64,000 nucleotides of DNA from Amoebidium appalachense (Eukaryota; Protista; Ichthyosporea), in assembly GCA_963693365.1 (NCBI GenBank), contig CAVNZM010000003.1, forward strand, positions 6,579,448-6,643,447, read 5' to 3'. Made by a program: the position numbers and the translations under genes. Positions 18,139 to 38,872 of this stretch are shown in pieces. Position 1 is the first letter of the stretch. Every line of letters starts with the position of its first letter. The notes beneath the pieces are model-generated. The model did not search any database. It saw nothing but the letters and a program-made list of their open reading frames with translations, and was not told the origin of the DNA.

Positions 18139-19241
18139 TTTATCCGTGCGAAGTTCTCTAAAGTTGTGTGTTATGGCGAGACAATTAAGTTAACGTTTTT
18201 TGGTGCTGAAATGACCACAACTTGACAGGGTCGTGTGCCCCGACTACTGAGAGAGTTGTCTTTCCAGTCCTATGTGTGTCTCACATTATATCACGTGCTC
18301 TGTTACCGCGCACTCGAGACCATAAAAAAATACCTTTTTTTGGTGGGCTGGTTCGTGTGGGGTGCGAGAAGAAAAGAGAGAGAGTTCATGTTTTCTGTTG
18401 AGATCTGAGATTACAATTTGCGTCATGGTAACGGTTGATAGCCGACGTGGAATATGATTGGTCGTCCAAAATAATTAGATCTATTTGGCTTATTTGCGAA
18501 TCACAATAGCGAATGGCATTGCTTTTGCATTCTTATAAGCAATAATGACCAATTAAAATCAGCTATAACGGGGCTCGCAATTGTGCTCTCGCTATGCCTG
18601 CCAGCACAGCCTCGGCTGCCAGCCCACTGTGCTGTACTGTGGCACACATGCGACGCCTGTGACGTGACTGTCAAAAAATGGGCTTGAGCATAAATTATGT
18701 CCATGCATGTGTGTTTTAAGCTATGTTTGTGCATAGTCTTCATTGTTGTAAGCTACTGTGCGAGGTCTTTTCAACTGCAGGCTGCAGCACAGGCTGCAGC
18801 ACAAAGCCATGGAATAATAGGGTTGCAACACTGGCATACCTTTGTAGATCTATCCTTCCTTTCTTGAAAGTTTCTGCTCCTGCGGCTCCCGCCACAAGGC
18901 CACATCTAACACGTACTGACGTGTTGCCGCACGTGCGACGTTATACATCTACTTCAGGCGTCCCTTTTAAGCAAAAAAAAAAAAAAAAAAAAAGAAAGAA
19001 AGAAAGGAGACACCGCCTCAGTAGGTGGTAGAGGCCACATCAGTGTGCCGGCTTTGTCCACCACGTGCAACCCACTCTTCCCCCATATCCCTCCTCCTTC
19101 CTTCTCAGTACACACACACACACACACACGCACAACACACAACCATACCATGTGCAGTGCACACGCACAGGGGCACGAAGCACCCAGCACGCACCGTCAC
19201 GCACAAGCCTACTAATGTAATCACACGCGCGAATATACATC

Positions 19242-19328
<87 letters not shown>

Positions 19329-19396
19329 ACACGCACACACGCACACAACACAACGTACACACGGCGCGCGCGCGCGCACGCACGCACACGCACACA

Positions 19397-19475
<79 letters not shown>

Positions 19476-19562
19476 GCACACAACACAAAGCACACACGCA
19501 CACACGCACACGCACGCACACAAACAATCCGAGAGAGAGAGACTTTATAAAAGGGAGAGCGT

Positions 19563-19662
<100 letters not shown>

Positions 19663-19783
19663 CAAGAGAGGGGGGGGGGGGGGGAAGGAGGAAGAGATGG
19701 AGAGACCTATAGAGAGAGGGATAAGAGAGACATACCGTGGCAGACAGACATGCAGAGCCGACACACACACACTAGAGAGGGGG

Positions 19784-19864
<81 letters not shown>

Positions 19865-19916
19865 AGGGAGGGAGGGAGAGGGAGAGGGAGGGAAGGAGGG
19901 AGGGAGAGAGAGGATG

Positions 19917-19958
<42 letters not shown>

Positions 19959-20274
19959 AGGAGGGAGGGAGGGAGGGAGGGAGGGAGAGAGAGAGAAAAA
20001 GAGAAAGAGAGAGAGTGTGTGTGTGCGTGTGTGTGTGTGAGTTGTGGTGTTGATGAATCAGATAGGTGTTTGGTAGTCCCCGGGCAACCTCACCCTATCG
20101 GGGGGAAGGGGGGGGGGAGGGGGGGGGGGGGGGGGGGCGGGGCGGGGCGGGGGCGAAGGCGGGGGGAGGGGGGGGGGGGGGGGAGGGGGGGGGGGGGGGG
20201 GGGAGGGGATAATTGATGCGAAAACAGGCTCCTAGGCAGGAGCTGTGTTTCGTGCGTGTTGCATATGGCTTGGA

Positions 20275-20487
20275 CCTTAAAGCACTACTTTGAAATATCA
20301 TTGATCATGATTAACCTTAAAGCACTACTGAAATATCAATGATTAACCTTAAAGCGCTACTTTGAAATATCATTGATCAACCTTAAAGCACTACTTTGAA
20401 ATATCATTGATTAACCTTAAAGCACTACTTTGAATTATCATTGATTAACCTTAAACACTACTTTGAAATATCATTGATTAACCTTAA
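20275..20487. repeat. 34-bp AT-rich minisatellite (aaccttaaagcactactttgaaatatcattgatt), ~6 copies
   Basis: Head-to-tail near-identical units with no unique spacers. Confidence 0.9.
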
Positions 20488-20574
20488 AACCGTAGACTGA
20501 AGAACGTGCAAGTGCTAGCATTGCGCAGATCATTCTGGTGGTGGATATTGGTTACTCATAACACACCGTGTCCT

Positions 20575-20722
20575 GTGCTATCACGTGTACACGAGCACAA
20601 ACACACACACGTGCTATCACGTGTACACGAGCACAAACACACACACGTGTGCTATCACGTGTACACGAGCACAAACACACACACATGTGCTATCACGTGT
20701 ACACGAGCACAAACACACACAC
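20575..20722. repeat. 36-38-bp minisatellite (gtgctatcacgtgtacacgagcacaaacacacacac), 4 copies
   Basis: Directly visible tandem units. Confidence 0.9.
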
Positions 20723-21465
20723 AGGGCCGTGAACCCAAACCACATACAGATTTTATGTATTTAACCACACTAATCACACAAAAAAGCACACACACATACG
20801 CATATCCACCAAGACGCCTGTGTACATGGGCCCACGTACCGTTTATAAACACACACATCCCCGTCGACCACTCGACACACATATATACAAACACGATACA
20901 CACACATACAATTTTCAGACAAACACCAACCCACACACGCACCGTCGCAACCACACATGCACAGACGACAATACACACCAACACACATACGTTCACACAA
21001 ACACAAATTTGATTTGAACCTCATCTCATGCACTTCCTAAGATCATATTTAGCTCCGCTGCTTTTTGGTGGGTACTGAGACACCTACCTATATAACTCCT
21101 TTCTTAACTAAACAGGCATGTCAGAATGATTAACCATAAATAATGTGCTTAAGACTAGGGGGGCTTGTACTAAATATCAATAATTTTAAAACTTTGAAGG
21201 GGGGGGGGGGGGGGGGGGGTTCAGTTACGAAATTTCCCTGAATAAATCCAGTCAAAAGAAAAAATCTCCCGTGTCAGGTGAGGGGGGGTCTAAAGTATTG
21301 TGGTGGGGCTGTGGGGTTTAGGGTGGTGGGGTGTGTATGCGTTATCCCAGATCGTATGTCTTGTGGGACGCACGTGGTAAAGGCTGCTATTTGTATATAT
21401 AGGTGGTGTGGGTTGTTTCGGGTGTTTCTGCATTTGGGGGAAGCCGGAAAGGTCTGTATGTGTGT

Positions 21466-21511
<46 letters not shown>

Positions 21512-22090
21512 GGAAGGGGGGGAAGGCGGGGGGGAGGCGGCCGGGGGGGGGGGAGGGGGGAGGGGGGGGGGGGGGGGGTGTTGGTTAGGAGGGGAAGGGT
21601 CAGTGTGCTAGATAGTGACTCGCTTAAATTATTCCTATGGGTGGCGGCTCTAGGTCTTTGGTTTTTTGTTCGTGTTTTGTGTTGGGGTCTGGTTGTAAAC
21701 ACACAAACACAAGCACCCACACACGTGTACCGTCGGTTAAATTAGTGGCACACACGTACACAACCCCTCACCCGAACACACCCACACCGTGCTGTCACCA
21801 GACAACGGGGCGGAAAAAGTGCAGAAACAAATCCTAGTGGGATGAAAAGTGTGCACACGGGTGGGGAGGGGGGGAGGGGGGGGGGGGGGGGGGGGGGGGG
21901 GTATATGAAAAGGAGAGGTCTCGGAAGATAAGAAATGTTGAAAGGAAAGAAATGAGGAGGAGACTGAAAGGATGTTAGCTGTGTGGAGTGGTGGTCATGG
22001 GTGTGGTTGTAAATTTGGCAAAGGTGGGGGGCTCGGGGGGGGGGGGGGGGGGGGGGGCTAACGGGAAGGGCCGGAGGGGGAAGGGGGGAA

Positions 22091-22126
<36 letters not shown>

Positions 22127-22402
22127 CTCGAGGGGAGGAGGGAGGTGTCTGTGCGAATGTGTGTGTGCGTGTGTGTGTGTGTTACTGTGTGGAGAGAAGT
22201 CGTGGGCGTGGTCGTGCGTGGTCGTGCATGGTTGGTTGTGTGTGTCTCCGTGTGTGTGGGGGAGAGGGGAGAGAGAGGGGGGAGGGTGGGGGAGAGGGGG
22301 GTGGGGGTGGAGAGGGGGATGGGGGGGAGGAAGACCGGTGGGGATGGAGGGTGGGGAGGAGGTAGGGGTAAGGGGGGAGGGGGGGGACGAGAGGGGATAC
22401 GG

Positions 22403-22434
<32 letters not shown>

Positions 22435-23016
22435 AGGGGGGGAGGGGATAGAGGGGGCAGTGTGTGTGTGTTCCCGTGTGTGTGTGCGTGTAGCATGCAT
22501 ATGCATTGACTTGTGTATTTTTGTGTGTGCGACAGGCAGCAAGCTAATAAAGGAGGGGAGAGGGAGGGGTAGTGGGGAGAAGGCAGAGGTGGGGGGGGGG
22601 GGGGAGGGGGGGGAAGAGGGGGGGGGGGAGGGGGGGGGGGGGGGGGGGGGGGGGGAACGGAAAATGAGCACAACCGTGAGGTTTTGTGGAGGCACGTAAA
22701 TACGCAAAAGGAAAATGAAAAAAGACCTTCGATATGTATTTAGGTAATTGGTTGCGTTCCCATTGCATACTTGTCAATTTTTAAATAAAAAAAAAGAAAA
22801 GTAAAAAGGAAAAAACTGGCAGAAAATCTATTCGAAAATCTATTCAAACTTACTGAGTTTTCGTATCAGTAAAGATCAAAGCGAAGAAAACGAAGAAAAT
22901 ATTCGAAACATTCTGCAGAGGGGCAGTTACCCAGCGCACAGCACATGGGCTTTACATGACTACTGACCAATCAAACACGTCCATTCATCTCCACACCCAC
23001 CCAACCATCCAATCAT

Positions 23017-25920
23017 CTACCAGATTGCGCTAGAAAGCTCGACATCTGATTCGCCCACGCTAACCATCATTCTCTCCCTACCCATATACACCGCACGATA
23101 ATCCGAGGGCCGTACCTTAGCAAACCTATACAAAATCTGAGTGTTTGCGGGGAGGCGTGCAGTTAACTTATACCTCCCGTTACCGAGCGAAAGCATACAC
23201 GGTGCCTCGCTAATCGACCAATTCCCAAGCGCAATCGTATTCCCAACCACCACGACGTATTCCTCCGGCCCGACGTGAATACATTCCAGTTGGAAGGTCA
23301 CGTTCACACCCTCGGCCGTAATCGATTTCTTGGGGAGCATTTCCATCTCACTCTTGCCCTTGGAGTGTTTGGACCTAAGTTGTGGTGTCTCGGTCGGGTT
23401 GCTAAACGCCGATGCCAACAGAATTTCCTCCGTCTGCTTGGATTTATGATGGCGGTAGGCGGCCAGGGCAGTGCCGACAATGAGGGCAAACACCAACACC
23501 CCAACCACGGCAATGATCGCAATGGCCCACGGCTGCAGACCGGCCGAGCTCGTGTCGTTAACAGCCTCCTGTGATTGAACAATCGGGGCCGTCTTGTTCA
23601 CAATCGTGCCGTTGGGCAAAACCCGATCACCAGATGGGAGCTGAAGCGTGCCGTTGGGGAAGAAAATCGCACCGTCCGGGAAGGTCCAAGCCGTCGTGAT
23701 TGGCCTGGGGGTAGGGCCCTGCGAGGGGGTGGGCATGGGGCGAGTGGAGAGAACACCACTGGGAAGGGCGGTGGGGGGAACAACAGACCCAGAACCGGTA
23801 GAGGAGGGCAGAAGGGGGGGAAAAGTGGATGAAGAAGTGGGTGTGACTGCCGGTGTGGGTGTGGGTGTCGGTGTGGGTGTGGGTGTGGTGGGGATGTAAG
23901 TGGTGCCGTTTTGGTAGAGCACCGCACCATTGGGTACGAGGATTGTGCTGGGAGGGAAAGTGATTGGTAGACGCTGGTACACGGCAACCCCCTGCGAATC
24001 ACGTGCCCACGAAGGCACCGTCACGACAACACGACCCCCCTCAATCATCTGCGCCGTGCCGGCCGGGAAAGTGACCAACCCACCGAAAATCGTGTAAGTT
24101 TCGTTTGGACCCCCCGGGATGAGAATAGTGTTGTTTGGCAACCGCTTGATCCCATTGGTGAACGTAACCGTCCCGTCCTGCCCGACAATTGTTCCGTTAG
24201 GGAACTCACCCGCACGGGGAATCATTTCACCCTCACGACGAGCACGGAAGGTCACCGAAGGGAAGGGGGTGTTGGTAGCAAACACGTTTGGATTGCTGGC
24301 ATCGGTAAGTTGGGGAGGAAACACCGCGGAGTCCGTTGCGGTGCCGAACGGGTCGTTGGCAAACGAATTGGACGGGAAGGCAAAAGGATCGGACGTAGAC
24401 GCCCCCCCAATCGTCGGGAAACCCGTGTCAAACGTGAAGTCCGTCCCAGTAGCACCACCAGTTGCGGTATCCGACGGGAAAACAAAATCCGTGTTGATGC
24501 TTGCAGGCTCCGTCGTGAAAGGGGCAGCCGTGTCCGTGGCAAAACCCGTGTTTACGGTTTGGTCTGTCGGCTGCTCGGTCACAAAATCGGTCGACTGTTC
24601 CGTTGGGATCCCGGTTTCCGTTGGCGATTCGGTGGGTAGGTCGGTAGGTAGGTCGGTAGGTACAGAAGCCTCTGTAGAAACTTCGCTCGATGTCGGCTGC
24701 TCGGAAGATGAAGTTGTTGGTTCGGGGCATTTACTACCAGTGTCACACACACGAATCACGTCACCGGTACAGTTCTTGCCGTTGCCCGAAGGTGTCGGGT
24801 TGGTGCACGAGCGCAGTTGCGTCCCATACCCACACGTGGCAGAGCACGTGGTCCACTCGGTGAAACCGCCATCACGATCCGGGCATTTTTCCTTGTTGTC
24901 GCACGGTCTTGAAGCCGCCCCTAGCCCCTGCTCGGTGCAGTTCTTGCCTCCGTATGCCGGTGCTGGGTTAGTGCACGTGCGTGTCTGCACCCCTGGGCCG
25001 CACGTGGTCGTGCACGAAGACCACTCCGTGTAGTTGCCGTTGACGGGGCATGGTGTGACCTCGCAGATCTCAGTGTCGTTTCCTGGGCACGGCTGTCCAC
25101 CATAGGCCTGGCCAAAGCACCCCCTCTGCCTAATGCCCTTACCGCACGTCTCACTGCAGTTTGTCCAATCGCCCCACTCGCCGTCCTGAGGGTTGCACAG
25201 TACGTCCACACACCCACCGTAACGGTCTGCCGGCTTAATGTTGAAGTCGCAAAACGAGTTGACAAAGCCAAAGGGCGGCTGGCCGTTGATGTTTTGGCAC
25301 GTGTACGTCAGGTTGGTGTATCCCCAGCCACACGTGTCTGCAGAGCAGGAAGAGTTGTCGATCTGCACCCAGATACCTTGGCCCAGCGTCAAATCCATGA
25401 GCCGTACAGGCCACATGAGGCTGTTTTCCGCCGTGTGTGCGCGTTGAATGCACCATCCATTCTCTGCCGGTGTGCCGACACAGACACTGGAGTTGACGGG
25501 CCGAACCTCCTGGCAGGGACCAACACATCGACGGTTGTTATCTGCGGCCGTGACGAGAAGCAGAGGGAGGAATTTCTGTGAGCTGACGTCAGCACAGTCG
25601 GCAAGCGTCACATCACCTCCTGCGTTTTTGGACGCACTGAGACACCTGTTGGGACGGTAGATACTCTCCCACTGGCCGGCCAAACGTTGTGCCCACAGCT
25701 GAGTAGAGTTTGCGGTGCACACCTCCATGCGAACCTCCGTCTCGTTCGTCCACGTCACACACGTGTCTGCCTGTGCGGTGGTGAGCAGAAACATGGCCGG
25801 GGTGACTATGACTACGCCATTGCTAAGTTGCACACCCCCAGGCCCGCGTATGGTTGATGATTGGCCATATGTCAGGCCAGCACACACCAGCCCGAGAAAA
25901 AGACTGGCTAGCCGTCCCAT
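23017..25920 (-). CDS. Intronless 967-aa type-I membrane protein: signal peptide, ricin-B lectin, 3-4 thrombospondin type-1 repeats, Ser/Thr-rich stalk, RARR site, PxGT repeats, TM helix, cytoplasmic CBM20
   Basis: Signal MGRLASLFLGLVCAGLTYG; ricin motifs CTANSTQLW, RCLSAS, TLADC...QKF; TSP1 motifs WGDWTNCSETCGKGIRQRGC, WSSCTTTCGPGVQTRTCTNPAPAYGGKNC, WTTCSATCGYGTQLRSCTNPTPSGNGKNC; TM WAIAIIAVVGVLVFALIVGTALAAY followed by RHHKSK; CBM20 signature VNVTFQL...EYVVVVGNTIALGNW...LPANTQILYRF. Confidence 0.9.
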   Translation of the reverse strand: MGRLASLFLGLVCAGLTYGQSSTIRGPGGVQLSNGVVIVTPAMFLLTTAQADTCVTWTNETEVRMEVCTANSTQLWAQRLAGQWESIYRPNRCLSASKNAGGDVTLADCADVSSQKFLPLLLVTAADNNRRCVGPCQEVRPVNSSVCVGTPAENGWCIQRAHTAENSLMWPVRLMDLTLGQGIWVQIDNSSCSADTCGWGYTNLTYTCQNINGQPPFGFVNSFCDFNIKPADRYGGCVDVLCNPQDGEWGDWTNCSETCGKGIRQRGCFGQAYGGQPCPGNDTEICEVTPCPVNGNYTEWSSCTTTCGPGVQTRTCTNPAPAYGGKNCTEQGLGAASRPCDNKEKCPDRDGGFTEWTTCSATCGYGTQLRSCTNPTPSGNGKNCTGDVIRVCDTGSKCPEPTTSSSEQPTSSEVSTEASVPTDLPTDLPTESPTETGIPTEQSTDFVTEQPTDQTVNTGFATDTAAPFTTEPASINTDFVFPSDTATGGATGTDFTFDTGFPTIGGASTSDPFAFPSNSFANDPFGTATDSAVFPPQLTDASNPNVFATNTPFPSVTFRARREGEMIPRAGEFPNGTIVGQDGTVTFTNGIKRLPNNTILIPGGPNETYTIFGGLVTFPAGTAQMIEGGRVVVTVPSWARDSQGVAVYQRLPITFPPSTILVPNGAVLYQNGTTYIPTTPTPTPTPTPTPAVTPTSSSTFPPLLPSSTGSGSVVPPTALPSGVLSTRPMPTPSQGPTPRPITTAWTFPDGAIFFPNGTLQLPSGDRVLPNGTIVNKTAPIVQSQEAVNDTSSAGLQPWAIAIIAVVGVLVFALIVGTALAAYRHHKSKQTEEILLASAFSNPTETPQLRSKHSKGKSEMEMLPKKSITAEGVNVTFQLECIHVGPEEYVVVVGNTIALGNWSISEAPCMLSLGNGRYKLTARLPANTQILYRFAKVRPSDYRAVYMGRERMMVSVGESDVELSSAIW

Positions 25921-26494
25921 GTTTGTAATTGCACCACCCCCTTTGGTGCCCTAATGTGCGTGTTTGGTTCTATTATATGTGGACGTGTGAGTGCAAGAAA
26001 TGTATGAAAGCTATAGTATGAAGAGACTGCGCAAAACACGCAAGTAAACTAATGCGTAACTCGCTCACTGAAATCGTGATGATGGTTGTCTTTTTGCACA
26101 CTCGCAATGTCGAGGCAAGGTGTTGTGAGGAAGGCAGATGATGTGCCCGCCTTTTATATGGGCTTTTGGTGAATTCCACAAACTTTATCAACCATTCCTG
26201 CGCGTGATAATTTATCAATCAGATGAATGAGGACGAATTGAGTGACAATTTGAGTCGCCCCTATATACGGCTCTGAGTCTGGCTCGCGGCACCTTTCGGA
26301 GTGCCAAGACTGTTGAAGTATGTGATGTAATCAAGTACCAAGCTTTTGAATATATATATTTCTATTGTATAAACAGCATCTAGTTGAACAATCCAAACCA
26401 AATAATCTCTTTATTTCGTGTTTTCTGTCGCCGCATGGCAACATAATTGCAGAACTTCGCATGTGTCATCCAAAAAGGAATGCATATTGTACAA

Positions 26495-26655
26495 TTAGCC
26501 AATCAAATCCTCGCACCAAACAGGAGCCATGACCGCTCTATCCGCACTCTGATTGGTATATCTGGGCCAAACGAGACAAAATAAAACCATATATGGTATA
26601 TTCTTGGGAATCCAATCAAATCGCATGAGCCAAAAGCCCGGCCAGCCAATCAGAC
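26495..26655. promoter_or_regulatory. Cluster of four CCAAT boxes (candidate NF-Y sites) upstream of the TSP1/CBM20 gene
   Basis: agccaatca (~26498), gattggt (~26551), tccaatca (~26611), agccaatca (~26644) in a repeat-free region ~600 bp upstream of the ATG. Confidence 0.4.
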
Positions 26656-26853
26656 GGCGGCGGCATCGATCAACAACGGACACAATGCTCCGGTGTGCGC
26701 GTTACGCGTTCACTGTACGTAATGCGTTCCCCATTTGGGCGTTTTCGCCCCCGCTCACCGTGGCGTGCACAGGTCTCATTGCCCATGCTCACAAATATCT
26801 GGCGCGCAAATGTCTACCGTCTAGCGGGCCAAAAATTGACGACGTAGGGCGCG

Positions 26854-26891
<38 letters not shown>

Positions 26892-27547
26892 GAGTGGCCG
26901 GGATTCAAAAAGTTGTTGCTCGATCGAGTACTGTCCAGTCATCGGGATTATGCATTCACACATTGAAGAGCCCTTGTGTACCTATTGAAATACAGTTTCG
27001 ATTTACAGGACTGATACTGAATCATTATGCTGTACGCAACGGAAGAAACACAGCAGGGAACTTCTGATGGAAGGAGATGTCGAAAGAAGGAGAGAGTGCA
27101 AACCGTTTCGGACACGATACAACACCAAATCTCTATACAAAGTCGTTGAACTTCAATCGTGATCCAACCAGGTCCTGCACATGACACCGCAATATATACC
27201 CTCCCGTTAGCAACGGCTTTTACATTGTTTCTTTTCATTCCTGCTTTAACTCTTTCTTCTCCTCACTAAGAATCTCCTCTCTCTCCTCTCCTCCCTCTCT
27301 GACTCTCTCTCTCTCTCCCTCCCCCCCCCCCCCTTCTCTCTCTGTCTTCTCTCTCCCTCCCTCACTCTCTCTCTCTCTCTCCTCCCCCCCCCCCCCCCCC
27401 TCTCTCTGTCTTCTCTCTCCCTCCCTCCCTCCCTCCCCCCTTCCCCCCTCCGAGAGTCTCTCTCCCTCTCTTTCTCTCTGAGACTCTCCCCCCCCCCCCC
27501 CCTCCCCCCTCTCTCTCCATCTCTCTCTGAGGCTCTCTATCTCTCTC

Positions 27548-27579
<32 letters not shown>

Positions 27580-27707
27580 ATCCATCTCTCTCTGAGGCTC
27601 TCTATCACACACACACACTCTCTCTCTCTCTCTCTCTCTTTCGCGCTCTCTCCCCCCCCCCTCTTTCTCTATCTGTCTCTCCATCCCTCTCTGAGGCTCT
27701 ATCATTT

Positions 27708-27745
<38 letters not shown>

Positions 27746-28486
27746 CCTCCCCCCCCCCCTCTCCCCTCCCCCCCCCCCCCCCCCCCACCCCCCTGCCCCT
27801 CCCTCTCCCGTTGTGTGTGGTGTGTGCGCGCGCATGTGTGTGTGTGTGTGCGTGTGTGTGCACGAGGGTGGATGTGTGTGTGTGTGGTGGTGGTGGTGAC
27901 CAGTGTGTGTTTGTGTGTTTAGGGGGGGGGAGGGGGAGGGGGAGGGGGGAGGGAGGAGGGGAGCATTGTAATGTTGATCGCAAATCATGCACACCAGGAG
28001 CATTGGGTTAGAATCAATCCCAGTACATGACACAGGGTCCACACCTTCAACCCCGGTCACTTGTGCACACCGCTACACCTCCGTCAACTGGGAGGGACAT
28101 CTGTGACAACAATATGCCATCAGATCACAGCCCCCCCCCCCTCCTCCTCCTCCTCCGAGGCCCAAATTCCCATCATCCTCCCCCTGTGATAAAACATCGA
28201 CTACCAACTCACTAAGTGAGAGGGAGAAGAATACGGGGAGGGGGAGTGAGAGCCGAAAGGAGAGAGGAAAGCATGGTGGGCGAGTGAGTTCTACATTGGA
28301 TATGTCCTTCACCCCTAACACATCTCTTGTTCAACACACGTTTATTTGGGTTTACATTGTGTGGTTTGACAAAACCATCACCCATTCATCACAGGTTTTT
28401 TGAACTGCTCACCAACCCTCCGCATGCTAAGAGTGACACCCCCCTCCAAACGCACACATACTCTCACCCACACAGACACCCACGTC

Positions 28487-28534
<48 letters not shown>

Positions 28535-28757
28535 ACATACAACCACCTCCAGCCACATGTTCACATCATACATCTCAGCAAAACACCGTGTGATGTCTAC
28601 ACAAGCCTCCCTCCCTCTCCCCCCTCCCTGCCCCACCCAGCCACCCCACCCGCATAAACCCACATCAGCAAGTGAAACCTCCAGCACACCCCCACGCACA
28701 AACAAGCACACGATCGTTAAATTTTAACTTTATAAGGTGTAAAAGGTTTTAAACGTA

Positions 28758-38872
<10,115 letters not shown>

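Noticed and set aside
20275-20487. 34-bp repeats of CRISPR-like length
   Set aside because: Units are head-to-tail with no unique spacers, there are no cas genes and the context is eukaryotic: a minisatellite.
24119-25033. 304-aa plus-strand ORF
   Set aside because: Antisense shadow of the TSP1/CBM20 gene with no independent motifs.
26910-28330. Short minus-strand ORF-like pieces between the adhesin promoter and the WBP11 3' end
   Set aside because: No consistent splice model or recognisable domain.
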